From a virus, in the IMG/VR virus record IMGVR_UViG_3300045988_173544: a stretch of DNA of 64,000 bases; one strand, 5' to 3'. The notes under the pieces are model-generated. The model saw only the letters and a list, made by a program, of their open reading frames with translations, was not told the DNA's origin and made no database searches. Below, in pieces: positions 10,717-20,926 of this stretch. Made by a program: the position numbers and the translations under genes. Each line of letters opens with the position of its first letter. Position 1 is the first letter of the stretch.

Positions 10717-11136
10717 TCAATTCGCATGAATTATTATAAAGCTGTGTGAGTTCGGACATGTTATGAATTTCATAACCAATTTCAAGAGCTTTTTAACATC
10801 TTCCGTATCTTCCAGTATGTAAGTTTTATGGCAACCGTCATAAGCTACGGCAAGCCCTTTAATAACTTCGGTAGTACCATTTTCTCTTTTAACATGATAC
10901 TCTAAGCTGTCATCTACAAGGATATTGTTTCCGTTAGGGTCTTTTACAGTTTCAAATTCTGTGAACTCTTCCAGACCTTCTTCCCAGTCAGACTCGTCGT
11001 AATCTTCCCATTCTTCACTACGGTCGCTATTGACTTCATTTAATATTTGTTGAACATCCCATAATTTCACGTCCTGACTATCGGAATATTCATTTTTCTT
11101 ACGTATTTCTTCCCAGTATCTGATTAAGTATTTCAC
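10717..11136 (-). CDS. hypothetical acidic protein (139 aa)
   Basis: ORF; conserved UTR; promoter ~11200. Confidence 0.55.
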   Translation of the reverse strand: MKYLIRYWEEIRKKNEYSDSQDVKLWDVQQILNEVNSDRSEEWEDYDESDWEEGLEEFTEFETVKDPNGNNILVDDSLEYHVKRENGTTEVIKGLAVAYDGCHKTYILEDTEDVKKLLKLVMKFITCPNSHSFIIIHAN

Positions 11137-11211
11137 TGCCGCTGTTCGTATCTCCTATTGTTTAACTGCTTGCATGATTATTATACCACAATATTTTCTG
11201 TTTGTCAACTA

Positions 11212-11490
11212 TTAAACTGGAAATATAGACAAAAGGGTATAAGTTTCTTCATTGATTTCACGTACATCTACAGGTGTAGCTTCCGGATTATCGTTATCTA
11301 TCAGAAAAGCTTTATAAATATATTCAGGTGTTCTCAACCCCTCATTATTTACTTTTAGCATGAAAGCTTGAAGAGAATACACTTCACCTTCTTGCTCCGC
11401 TATTTCTATCCATTTCTCATTATCTGTAGTTGCTTCTGTGAAACGTAGTCCATAGAATACTAATTCTTTGCTTCCTAAAATTCTTGCCAT
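11212..11490 (-). CDS. hypothetical protein (92 aa)
   Basis: ORF; conserved UTR. Confidence 0.55.
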   Translation of the reverse strand: MARILGSKELVFYGLRFTEATTDNEKWIEIAEQEGEVYSLQAFMLKVNNEGLRTPEYIYKAFLIDNDNPEATPVDVREINEETYTLLSIFPV

Positions 11491-11664
11491 TGTTCGTATC
11501 TCCTATATTGTTACTGCTTTAAAAAGTGTAACCAGTTCCGAACTACCAGCTCCTTGTGCTGTTTCTCTACCGTATCCTTTAGGTTGGGCGGTGAACTGGT
11601 TACATGATTATTATAACACATTAAAATAATTTTGTCAACTCTTTAAGGAGATATGTTACATTTC

Positions 11665-12099
11665 TTAATAATTGCTTCTTTTCCGCTTATACTTAGTCTT
11701 AGTATGTCTGCCATTAGCGTAATCTTCATTTTGGAGCTTTAATACGTCCGTAATCCCATTTCTAAGGATTTTATAAGTATTTGCTTCCATAAGTACAGGA
11801 CGTGATGTATAAGGCTTAGAGAATATTACCTGAATAAGCGGATTTTCAAACTCTCTAGTGTACGCTATAGAGTACACTGTAGTTAGAAATAGCACTAAAT
11901 CACCAACTCTTAAGTTATATGTGAAATCCTTGTCGGATAATTCAACCCCTACAGTATGCGGTAATTTTATAAGTTTACCGTCATCATCTCTCATGTGGTC
12001 GGATTTACCCAGATATACCTCTGAATAGCCTTTATCTCTTATATCTCTTGCTACTGTTCGTAGGAGCTTCTGTGTATTAATCTCTATGGTCATCAGCAA
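11665..12099 (-). CDS. hypothetical protein (144 aa)
   Basis: ORF. Confidence 0.5.
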   Translation of the reverse strand: MLMTIEINTQKLLRTVARDIRDKGYSEVYLGKSDHMRDDDGKLIKLPHTVGVELSDKDFTYNLRVGDLVLFLTTVYSIAYTREFENPLIQVIFSKPYTSRPVLMEANTYKILRNGITDVLKLQNEDYANGRHTKTKYKRKRSNY

Positions 12100-12605
12100 G
12101 GATATTCCCTATGAACTACTACCTCTACAGGTAACGTCATTTGCTTCGGTGCAACTTCTGCAAACTGTTTAGTGTGTTTCAGCTTCTGCAACACTATTCT
12201 AATATTTTTAGTGAAAGTATAGAAGTGTGTATATCTGAAATGATTGCCGGTGTAATGTACACCTGAATATTCAAGTAGGAGCAACTGTAAGTCCTGTAGA
12301 TTGAATTTGAAGAGAGTTTTAAGGAAAAGTACCGTATCTATGTTAAAAGTGCTTAGAAAAGCCTTGTACGCTTTCTTATCTTCGTTTTCTAAGTTTCTTA
12401 ATAATTCAGCCGTCTTAGATTTCAGTAAAGACTTACTCCAGTATGAAAGAGGGGCATGCCCTTTACGATAGGCATTATAACCACCGCTTGTTTGTCTGTG
12501 TCCTCTGTCGTAGCCTTTATCCTGCTGACTATTGTCGCTACTAAATTCAGGGCTTCTCCTGAACATTGACGGATAAAGAGTTTTCTTAGTTGTTGTCTGT
12601 GTCAT
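12093..12605 (-). CDS. hypothetical protein (start at GAGGAG-preceded ATG 12605)
   Basis: ORF; RBS. Confidence 0.5.
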   Translation of the reverse strand: MTQTTTKKTLYPSMFRRSPEFSSDNSQQDKGYDRGHRQTSGGYNAYRKGHAPLSYWSKSLLKSKTAELLRNLENEDKKAYKAFLSTFNIDTVLFLKTLFKFNLQDLQLLLLEYSGVHYTGNHFRYTHFYTFTKNIRIVLQKLKHTKQFAEVAPKQMTLPVEVVVHREYPC

Positions 12606-12921
12606 AATAGATACGCTCCTCATGCCCTTGCGCAAGTATTTTATCTTTAATATCCATAATTGAGATATAAGGAACATTAAGAAAATACTTTTCAAGATAT
12701 TTGTACTTACACCCCAACGCTTTAAGCAACCGCCAATAAGTATTTTGAATGTTACGATACTTCTTTTTAAGCTCTTTGTAACGTATATCTTTGGCTAAGC
12801 ATGAATGCTCTAGCTGTGTAATACGTTTACGCATGTAGGGTAGGTCAGACCGGCTCATACAAGGTAGAGTGTCCTTGTTATAGTATGATTGATGTTCTTT
12901 GTCGTACTGATTTTTACCCAT
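12586..12921 (-). CDS. hypothetical protein (111 aa)
   Basis: ORF; promoter ~12955. Confidence 0.5.
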   Translation of the reverse strand: MGKNQYDKEHQSYYNKDTLPCMSRSDLPYMRKRITQLEHSCLAKDIRYKELKKKYRNIQNTYWRLLKALGCKYKYLEKYFLNVPYISIMDIKDKILAQGHEERIYYDTDNN

Positions 12922-12967
12922 TGTCTTGCTTTAATTATAACACATTATTGAGAATTTGTCAACTGTT

Positions 12968-13201
12968 TTAACGTGATATGACAAAGTATTCTCCACAAGT
13001 TAAACAATCCGCTACGGCTTCGTAATATTCCTTAATTTCCTGCGGTGCTTCCTTATGCTCGTTTACTATATTGAAGAGGTCTGTTAATTCATCATCTCTA
13101 AGGGCATATTCCGCTAAAGAGGATATAATCTCCGTAGGTAGTGCTTGTACGCTGTCTAAAGTTTGCGCTTCATGTTCTTTTTCTATGATAAATACTGTCA
13201 T
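12968..13201 (-). CDS. hypothetical small acidic protein
   Basis: ORF. Confidence 0.45.
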   Translation of the reverse strand: MTVFIIEKEHEAQTLDSVQALPTEIISSLAEYALRDDELTDLFNIVNEHKEAPQEIKEYYEAVADCLTCGEYFVISR

Positions 13202-13491
13202 ATTATACTCTCCTCTGGTATTTTAATAAATCCTTTTCTTAAGCAAAAGCGCATTTTCTGTGAAAATTCCTCTACGTCTTTTTCAATAGCTTCGCTTTCC
13301 CTATTCAATTCTTCCTCTAATGACGGTATTGAATATGCTTCAAGAAAATATTTACTATTTGCAAACTTGTTTACGATAAGCGCACGATATTCTGTACGCT
13401 CACCCTTACTACTGGTTATTTTCACTTGAAAAATTCTTATTACTTTAAGAAACATATTTTCATAGTTTTCTAATGCTTCAAATTTATTCAT
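13198..13491 (-). CDS. hypothetical protein (97 aa)
   Basis: ORF. Confidence 0.5.
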   Translation of the reverse strand: MNKFEALENYENMFLKVIRIFQVKITSSKGERTEYRALIVNKFANSKYFLEAYSIPSLEEELNRESEAIEKDVEEFSQKMRFCLRKGFIKIPEESII

Positions 13492-13500
13492 GATACTCTC

Positions 13501-13923
13501 CTATAATAACCTGTAGTAATACTCTGTTCCATTAAGAGGAGTGTAATAAGACCATGTTTTACCTAACTCATAATCATTAAGTTGCTCATCATCTCGTAAG
13601 AAATCACGGTCGTTGCGTTCTGCTACCTCTGCTGTAACAACTTCAATGGATATGGAGTTATTATTACTGTCTACGATATAAAACTCATCATTTGCGCTCG
13701 CTGTATCACACTCAATAGACTTAATGTTGTCTAGGTCAGTATTATAGCATTGAATGTCATCATTTTTCAATACATTGTAGTTATCTGCAAGATATTGCAT
13801 TGTAACTAAGATATTGTCAACCTCATCAGAGTTCAGTGAATAAGAACTGCCGGAGTTATCTACGACAAGGTTAATTCCGCCGTACTCTATCGATAGCTTC
13901 TTTGTAGGTAATAATTCTTTCAT
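13501..13923 (-). CDS. hypothetical protein (140 aa)
   Basis: ORF; conserved UTR. Confidence 0.55.
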   Translation of the reverse strand: MKELLPTKKLSIEYGGINLVVDNSGSSYSLNSDEVDNILVTMQYLADNYNVLKNDDIQCYNTDLDNIKSIECDTASANDEFYIVDSNNNSISIEVVTAEVAERNDRDFLRDDEQLNDYELGKTWSYYTPLNGTEYYYRLL

Positions 13924-13963
13924 TGTTCGTATCTCCTGTATCTGCTACTTACTCAACATTTCT

Positions 13964-14293
13964 TTAGAAAGAAATTCTCACTTGAAAAATTCTGTCAGTT
14001 TCCGGAGTTAGATTTTCCTGTTTAATAAACTCTTCTAAATCGGCAATACTGTTATCTCTGTCGCCGTATTCGTCAACATCAGACAAATTTTCCTTCAACT
14101 CGTATAAAAAGTCGAAGATTTCACTAGCAAGGATTTCAACATCTTGACCGCTTTCAGGATAATGGTCTATGATTAATTGTGCAAGGTTGCTTGCATTACC
14201 TACTGTGTAGAGAGTGGTTACAGTCCAACAAGACTGCCCTTTGTCATTTACTCTTTCATCTGTTGCTTCTTTAATAAAAACTTGTGTACTCAT
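13964..14293 (-). CDS. hypothetical protein (109 aa)
   Basis: ORF; conserved UTR; promoter ~14350. Confidence 0.55.
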   Translation of the reverse strand: MSTQVFIKEATDERVNDKGQSCWTVTTLYTVGNASNLAQLIIDHYPESGQDVEILASEIFDFLYELKENLSDVDEYGDRDNSIADLEEFIKQENLTPETDRIFQVRISF

Positions 14294-14381
14294 TGTTCGT
14301 ATCTCCTATATTGTTATCTACTCTTTTATTATAACACATGAAAATATTTTTGTCAACTGTTTTGTTAAACTTTTCTTAACA

Positions 14382-14819
14382 TTACTTAATATCGCTTAGT
14401 TCATTGACAAACTTACGATTAAGATTTCTAATAAGGTCGAAATCAGCTTCTGTGAAATCAGGGTCAAATACCGTGATTGCAAAGTTACAATAATTCGGCT
14501 CTTCCTGCTGTACATTCCAGTAGTCGTATCCGCTTACATCATAGGAAATGGATACTGCAAACTTACCATAATCCTTATTGTACTCTTCTCTTTCGCAAAT
14601 TTCCTCAAACTTACCGTATTGCTTACGGTTAAGTTCCAAGGTATCCACGTTTCCGTCCTGCATATCCAAAAAATCCACGAAAGCGTTTAAGTGTCCTTTT
14701 TCATCACGTTCCATGTATTTGTTGTATAATCCGCTGTCGGAGTTATAAATACAGTCGTGGTCTATCTTTTCAATAAGTTCGTTAAAAACTTCTTCTGTAA
14801 AATTCTTTTGTTTAGTCAT
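14382..14819 (-). CDS. hypothetical protein (145 aa)
   Basis: ORF; conserved UTR; promoter ~14860. Confidence 0.55.
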   Translation of the reverse strand: MTKQKNFTEEVFNELIEKIDHDCIYNSDSGLYNKYMERDEKGHLNAFVDFLDMQDGNVDTLELNRKQYGKFEEICEREEYNKDYGKFAVSISYDVSGYDYWNVQQEEPNYCNFAITVFDPDFTEADFDLIRNLNRKFVNELSDIK

Positions 14820-14878
14820 TGTTCGTATCTCCTATATTGTTATTATAACACATGATAATATTTTTGTCAAGTGTTTTA

Positions 14879-15301
14879 TTAAAATAGTTCAATTCCTTCG
14901 CTGTAGTCCTTTTTGTCCTGTGCAAATACTGTAAATTCTCCGCTTTCTACTTCCATATTGTACTCGTATCTGTCCGGTGAAAAAGCTAAATTAACTGTTA
15001 TATCAGTATCATGCGTAATTTTAACAGTGAAAGTCAGACATGCGGAATTGCTTATCATTGATAGGTATGTCCCATGGTCTTTATATTTCGACTTTGCTTC
15101 TATTTCTGTAAAAAGCAACAACCGCTTAAAAAGCCCTTCAATATCTACATTATGTATGTCATCAGATAAGGCTCTGACAGAGGTTAAGATATTATTAAGT
15201 AGAAATACGGAGTGTTTTAACTCCTTCTTAACTGCTTCAATTACTAAGAAGGATAAAATCCCCTGCTTTTCTGCATTTACCAAAACTTCATTAACTTTCA
15301 T
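14879..15301 (-). CDS. hypothetical protein (140 aa)
   Basis: ORF; conserved UTR. Confidence 0.55.
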   Translation of the reverse strand: MKVNEVLVNAEKQGILSFLVIEAVKKELKHSVFLLNNILTSVRALSDDIHNVDIEGLFKRLLLFTEIEAKSKYKDHGTYLSMISNSACLTFTVKITHDTDITVNLAFSPDRYEYNMEVESGEFTVFAQDKKDYSEGIELF

Positions 15302-15419
15302 AGTGTTCGTATCTCCTATATTGTTATCTATCTATACTTTTATTATAACACATGAAAAAGGAAATGTCAACTCTTTTATCGACATTTCCTTTACATTTCG
15401 TAACAAATAGAAGATAGAT

Positions 15420-15773
15420 TTATTTAATAATGTTTTCTACATACTCTCTAGGGTATGTTTCACATTCTTCCTCGTCATCATCTACATGTGTCCAAGCCAT
15501 ATTCCAGAGGATATACTGTTCCTGTTCTTCTCTGGTGAAAGTTCTACCTTGCTCCTCTATTCCAATATCTTTAAAGGCTTTTTCGATAATTTCATCAGAG
15601 TATTGTTCAAACTGCTTTTTAATAATAGGGTCTTTTGATACTTCCTCTACTGCAAGGTCGTTCTCCCCTATTGTTGCTATACTTTCAACTTGCTCCAAGG
15701 TCATGAATAGTTCTACATAACCGCTTCCGTAGCTAATACATACAAATTCATTCTGTTTATCTATTGCTGTCAT
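15420..15773 (-). CDS. hypothetical acidic protein (117 aa)
   Basis: ORF; conserved UTR; promoter ~15830. Confidence 0.55.
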   Translation of the reverse strand: MTAIDKQNEFVCISYGSGYVELFMTLEQVESIATIGENDLAVEEVSKDPIIKKQFEQYSDEIIEKAFKDIGIEEQGRTFTREEQEQYILWNMAWTHVDDDEEECETYPREYVENIIK

Positions 15774-15839
15774 TGTTCGTATCTCCTGTGTTGTCTACTC
15801 TTTTATTATAACACATGATAATAATTTTGTCAACTGTTT

Positions 15840-16136
15840 TTAGTTGATAGGGTCAAATCCACCTGAAACAATAGTCTTATTCCTATGGTCTACTGGTATA
15901 TAACAGTGTGTATCAGGGTCAAAAGTCTGAAAATCTGTGTTCGTATTCATCAACCTAACCATGTCAAACAAGGAATATTCACCCCTAGCAAGTTTTACAG
16001 CTTCCCTATAAGTTAAGTCGTTTTCCGACAATATCTTGTGTTCTTTCATGTACTCTGTAAACTCATCTAAGTTTAAGACTAGGACTGTTACATAGTTTCT
16101 GTCTATTTCAGGTTCATTTTCTTTTAAATCTACCAT
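15840..16136 (-). CDS. hypothetical protein (98 aa)
   Basis: ORF; conserved UTR; promoter ~16200. Confidence 0.55.
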   Translation of the reverse strand: MVDLKENEPEIDRNYVTVLVLNLDEFTEYMKEHKILSENDLTYREAVKLARGEYSLFDMVRLMNTNTDFQTFDPDTHCYIPVDHRNKTIVSGGFDPIN

Positions 16137-16239
16137 TGTTCATATCTCCTATATTGTTTAACTGCTTACATGATTATTATAACACATGATAATATTTTTG
16201 TCAACTATTTTATTCCGGCTAGTGTAACATACCTTAACA

Positions 16240-16479
16240 TTAATATTCCCAAGAGTCTATAAACTCTATGTCGCCAATATTTTCGTCTACATAATCCTCT
16301 AGTTCATGATATTTGAACTCTTCGGGGTCTACGGAAATATCCAGTTCATACTTAAAATCTTCCGCATACACGCAAACGACATCTTCTATACCATTTACGT
16401 TATCCGTGATTTCATCTACGATTTCGTCAAAGTCTTCACCTTGCGCTTTTACAATTACTCTGTTGATTACTTTTGCCAT
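16240..16479 (-). CDS. hypothetical acidic protein (79 aa)
   Basis: ORF; conserved UTR; promoter ~16545. Confidence 0.55.
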   Translation of the reverse strand: MAKVINRVIVKAQGEDFDEIVDEITDNVNGIEDVVCVYAEDFKYELDISVDPEEFKYHELEDYVDENIGDIEFIDSWEY

Positions 16480-16573
16480 TGTTCACATCTCCTATATTGT
16501 TTGCTTACATGATTATTATAACACATGATAATAATTTTGTCAACTCTTCTATTAAAGAGTATGTTAATATTTC

Positions 16574-17179
16574 TTAACATTCCCCCGCTATTTTTCTCTT
16601 TAGAGAAGAGTTAGAAAATATTACTTCTCTAGCTTCTTCCCTGTCTTTATTTAACCCCTCATAAAAGGTATTTAATAAGGATTTCTTAAATAACTCTACT
16701 AAAGAATTAGCTAGCTCCTTATCATCAAGAATGAATGTTCCAGTAGGGAATGTAGCTTCTCCTAGCATATTCTTAACAGTAGCGGTTTTAGAAAACAGGT
16801 ATTTATAAAGCACATTACTGCTATCAGGAAATAAGCGTATATTAACCTCTACAAGCTCATTGTTATTAAAGAGAGGGTGTGTATGAGAAGGTGCATTCTC
16901 TCCGAAAAGTATTTCTAAACTTCCTTTAAGTTCAGTATTATAGTACATTCCAGAATAAGTTATTCTTATAACATTCTTATAATATCCATAAGGATTATAA
17001 GTATTATCTACCTTAGTTCCTTGTACAGTTCCGTTTATAAGTCTGACTGTATAAGCTGTATCACAAGATAATTCAGCTTCAAGAGAGTTATATACTTCTT
17101 CTGCTAATTTACTGATTTCATAAGGATTGCACCCATTCTTATCAGTTTTTAAAAATTCATTTCCATTACTGTCTTTCAT
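16574..17179 (-). CDS. hypothetical protein (201 aa)
   Basis: ORF; conserved UTR; promoter ~17265. Confidence 0.55.
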   Translation of the reverse strand: MKDSNGNEFLKTDKNGCNPYEISKLAEEVYNSLEAELSCDTAYTVRLINGTVQGTKVDNTYNPYGYYKNVIRITYSGMYYNTELKGSLEILFGENAPSHTHPLFNNNELVEVNIRLFPDSSNVLYKYLFSKTATVKNMLGEATFPTGTFILDDKELANSLVELFKKSLLNTFYEGLNKDREEAREVIFSNSSLKRKIAGEC

Positions 17180-17271
17180 AATGTTCGTATCTCCTATATT
17201 TATTGTGTTACTGCTTTCCTTAACTGCTTACATATTAATTATAACACAAGTTATTAAGTTTGTCAAGTGTT

Positions 17272-17601
17272 TTAGTTAAGAAATCCTTGAGCTGTTAAAC
17301 ATTCGATATGGTACTTCCTTAATGTCTTAGAACGTACAAGTCTGTATGTACTGGATTGTGAGTTTCTGTATGTTTCCTTAAAGGTAAATACTTTTCTAGG
17401 ATTGAAAGTATCGTTTATATAGGCTTTTATAGTATCGGGATGTATAAGAGCAAAATCGTCTAATAAACAACCTTCCTTAACCTTAATAGGAATGTATCCT
17501 TTAGCTTTTAGTTTCTCAACACATTCCTTAACTGGTTCTGTGTAATAAACTTCATTACAATAGTCTTGTATAGCTTTCATAGCTTCGTTGCTTGCTGTCA
17601 T
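17272..17601 (-). CDS. hypothetical protein (109 aa)
   Basis: ORF; promoter ~17670. Confidence 0.55.
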   Translation of the reverse strand: MTASNEAMKAIQDYCNEVYYTEPVKECVEKLKAKGYIPIKVKEGCLLDDFALIHPDTIKAYINDTFNPRKVFTFKETYRNSQSSTYRLVRSKTLRKYHIECLTAQGFLN

Positions 17602-18188
17602 AATTTCACTGTCTCCTATTTGTTATTATTTGTTACTTACATATTTATTATAACACATGAAAGAGAGTTTGTCAACCCTCTTTCACTTCTTTTCGTAACA
17701 TTTCTTAATAATTATAAGGACTATAACACAAGATAAAGGGAATGTGAGAAATGAGGGAATAAGTACAGGAGCTTATATTATACTAAGGAGAGTATATACC
17801 TTTAGAGCATAAGTAAGAGGTAAGAGGTAAGTATAGAAAATAGGCATTGATAGGGTTATTTTCTAGTAGTGGAAATGTATATCTATTTCCACTGCGAAAA
17901 ATTAGAGGTAAAATTTCCCTGAAATCCAGTCGTAGAGCGGGTTTCGGGGATTTTAGTTTTGGGGGATTTTTACTACTACCTAGAGGTAGTAATAGGTGAG
18001 GGATAAGGGATAAGGGATAGTGGATAAGGGATAGTTGAGTAGTTGAGTAGTTGTTCAACTAATATACTTTGTGAGGTATAGGTGAAAGTGAATAATGCTT
18101 GTGAGGTATATGTATATGTATATGTATATGTTTGTGAGGTATAGGTAGGGTGAAGAATGCCTTTGAGTAATACCTGATGAGCATAGGT

Positions 18189-18360
18189 GAGTGTGGAGAA
18201 AAAAAGATAGACAGGGGTAGGAATATGGGGATATGGGGATATGAGAAAAAGTGAGTGTGGAGAAAAAAAGATAGACAGGGGTAGGAATATGGGGATATGA
18301 GAGTGTGGAGAAAAAAAGATAGACAGGGGTAGGAATATGGGGATATGAGAAAAAGTGAGT
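18189..18360. repeat. three tandem ~58-bp direct repeats (gagtgtggagaaaaaaagatagacaggggtaggaatatggggatatg...)
   Basis: read directly. Confidence 0.85.
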
Positions 18361-18408
18361 ATGGGTGAGATAGAGTTGAGGGTCGTTTAGACACAGACCC
18401 CCACTTCT

Positions 18409-18500
18409 CCCCAGATTTTTTATCTCCCTTACACTTCCCATGCTTCCTATACTCCCCAGATTTTTTATCTCCCTTACACTTCCCATGCTTCCTATACTCC
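18409..18500. repeat. two tandem ~46-bp direct repeats (ccccagattttttatctcccttacacttcccatgcttcctatact)
   Basis: read directly. Confidence 0.85.
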
Positions 18501-18734
18501 CCATACTTCCCGTGCTTCCTATATTCCCTATATTCCCTATACTACACCTACATACACCTCATACCTTTTAAGCATACCTAATCCCTTATTATACATTTCA
18601 GGTATATTTCCTTTTCCTCTCCCTTTATTTTCCTCTGTAAAATACCGGAGGAAAAATTTTCTGTTTAGATTTTCTAGCAGGATATATCCTGCTAGAAACT
18701 TTTTAAGAACCGCTAAAATTTCTTTACAAAAAGA

Positions 18735-18763
18735 TTGACAAATTCACCGGCATGTGGTAAAAT
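18735..18763 (+). promoter_or_regulatory. + strand promoter of the TTGACAA...TGnTAAAATAGTATC family (copy 1 of 7)
   Basis: TTGACA 17 nt TAAAAT with TG extension; copies at 18816, 20893, 22063, 23503, 23963, 25136. Confidence 0.6.
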
Positions 18764-19243
18764 AGTATCTTATTCTCATATATTAAGTAATGTTACAATA
18801 AGGGGGAAAGGGTTGACAAACAGGGGAGTATGTGGTAAAATAGTATCCTTTCTCCTAGTTGCAATCATTCTTCCAATCATTATTTTTCAATTCCGCATAT
18901 ACATAGGTGCGGGCTCAATCCCCGATAAAGGTACATCTCCAATCAAAGCAATCATTCTATACCTTCCCATACATATATGGAGAGAAGGTATAAATCATTA
19001 AGTATATGTACAATCAAATCAATCGAGGTATGCTTCTTAGGTATGCCTTGTAAGTATATATATACAATCAAATCAATCATTCATTCATGAGGGGTAGGGT
19101 TGCTCAATCCTTTTAGAGTACGTGAAAATGCTCAAAAATTTTTCCGGAAATTTACAAAACTTTAATGTGGAAAGAATATGCTCAATCCCTGTAGTAGAGC
19201 GGGTTTCGGGCGGTTTCGGGGCTTGTATTTTCTTAATATCAAT

Positions 19244-19480
19244 TTATCCCTCAAGCCCACCCTTCTGTTCCTTACTTAATTCAATTAATCCTTTTGTTGC
19301 AACCTTTAAAAGATACAGGTAATAACTCATCTTATCATTCCCTATCTTCTTTTTATGCGCAAGTGCTTCCTCTAATAAGTTATTTATTATTACACTCAAC
19401 TTATCATCTTCTCCTAACATACCCTTTATCTCTTCAAGGATATTACTATCAATCGATAATGATACTGTTACTTTACTCAT
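19244..19480 (-). CDS. ribbon-helix-helix (CopG/Arc-like) transcriptional regulator
   Basis: N-terminal MSKVTVSLSIDSNILEEIK beta-strand/helix pattern; AGGAGA RBS. Confidence 0.5.
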   Translation of the reverse strand: MSKVTVSLSIDSNILEEIKGMLGEDDKLSVIINNLLEEALAHKKKIGNDKMSYYLYLLKVATKGLIELSKEQKGGLEG

Positions 19481-19496
19481 ACGTGTTTCTCCTATT

Positions 19497-19558
19497 CCTA
19501 ATAGTTTTCTCATGTTAGTTTTCTCATGTTAGTTTTCTCATGTTAGAAAACTATTAGG
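19497..19558. promoter_or_regulatory. operator-like element: 3 x 14-bp direct repeats (ttttctcatgttag) flanked by a perfect 14-bp inverted repeat (cctaatagttttct / agaaaactattagg)
   Basis: directly upstream of the RHH regulator start. Confidence 0.55.
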
Positions 19559-19564
19559 AATTAT

Positions 19565-20059
19565 TTAAAAAGGATTAATCAATCCTAACATTACAGTTTT
19601 GCTCAATTTCTCATCAGGGTCATAAGAAAATAGTATGCTTTCAATCATACTTATAACATCTTCCCCTATCCCCTCATACTCTCTGTCATCACCTTCAATA
19701 ATTCCGCCATTACTATCATATATAGTATGTATTAACGTCTTATTCCCTAACCTTACAATCACATCATAATTATCCGTCCTATAATCCGCCAAGGATACAT
19801 CTACTATATAATCCTTTGTACAATCATTTTTCTTATTATAAACAATCAATTTTATAACTGCTCTATCTAATATATCCCCCTCTTCTACTCTTTCATCTTC
19901 CCTATACTCCTGTAAAAGGAGTTTTGCTTCAAGTACAAGGTCATCTGTTACCCATGTTTTCAATCCCCCTGCTTCCAAAGTTCTTAAAACTGTTAAATCA
20001 TTCCCATTAATATTAAGTTTCTTTACTGTGCTTACTGCATAAGTATTTCTTACTGTCAT
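19565..20059 (-). CDS. hypothetical protein (164 aa)
   Basis: ORF; conserved UTR. Confidence 0.55.
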   Translation of the reverse strand: MTVRNTYAVSTVKKLNINGNDLTVLRTLEAGGLKTWVTDDLVLEAKLLLQEYREDERVEEGDILDRAVIKLIVYNKKNDCTKDYIVDVSLADYRTDNYDVIVRLGNKTLIHTIYDSNGGIIEGDDREYEGIGEDVISMIESILFSYDPDEKLSKTVMLGLINPF

Positions 20060-20139
20060 GTGTTCGTATCTCCCATATTACTATTTGTTACAATCAAATT
20101 AAATCATTATTATTAACGCACCAGAAAAGGTGAGGGTAA

Positions 20140-20811
20140 TTAATACCCCCACTCAATCAATAACTCTGACAGCTTTTGAAGTTCATCAGGAATTAAAACT
20201 CTGTTGAAATACTGTTGTGTTCTCTTACATTCCCTGTATGCTCTCTGTGCTTTTCTTAAGTCTTTAATTTCATACCCGAACATCTCGCAGAACTCTTGCA
20301 AATCTTCAACTTCATCTGCGCTTTCTTTATCCCTTAAAAAACATGCCAGTATTTCAACATCTGCTGAACGTGTGCCATTCACATAATTCCAGATACTGTC
20401 ATGAAATACTGCTTTATAGTCCACTCCGTTAATTCTTAAGCGTACATTATACTTATTATAATTGCCATGTTCTGTCGGTGTTACTGTGTCCTGCTCTACT
20501 TCCATTTCCTGAATAGGGAATAATTCTGTTAATATTTCCCACTGTTCGTTTTTATCTGTGTTTTCTGCATATTCAAGGAATTTCAAGCGGTCATTTAATA
20601 ATGCTACATTATCGCAACTGCTGTATCTAGGGCATTTTTCGCATTCATCAAGTAATGCTTCAAACTCTTCCCTTGTTCCGCCGTTAAATACTGCGTTGTT
20701 TAATCTGCTTGTGTCCTTGCCTTCTTCAATGTCGCAAGGTCTTAAAATTTCGTTGTTAGTGTTTGTCATGTTTCTGTTTCCTTTCGTTTTATCTATCAAC
20801 TTATCTATCAA
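20140..20811 (-). CDS. hypothetical Cys-containing protein (223 aa)
   Basis: ORF; promoter ~20855. Confidence 0.55.
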   Translation of the reverse strand: MIDKLIDKTKGNRNMTNTNNEILRPCDIEEGKDTSRLNNAVFNGGTREEFEALLDECEKCPRYSSCDNVALLNDRLKFLEYAENTDKNEQWEILTELFPIQEMEVEQDTVTPTEHGNYNKYNVRLRINGVDYKAVFHDSIWNYVNGTRSADVEILACFLRDKESADEVEDLQEFCEMFGYEIKDLRKAQRAYRECKRTQQYFNRVLIPDELQKLSELLIEWGY

Positions 20812-20926
20812 CTTATCATACCTTTATTATAACACATGAAAAAATTCTTGTCAACTGTTTGAAAGAATATTTTACAAAACTTAACAAAAGGGTTGACAAA
20901 TAAGCTGGCATGTGTTAAAATAGTAT

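Noticed and set aside
3146-15720. + strand ORFs such as 3494..3700, 5205..5726, 14913..15410, 15430..15720, 31545..31958
   Set aside because: Antisense to well-supported minus-strand genes, Ser/Leu/Phe-rich, no promoters or RBS.
17783-18504. ORFs in the tandem-repeat island
   Set aside because: Low-complexity repetitive peptides produced by the direct repeats.
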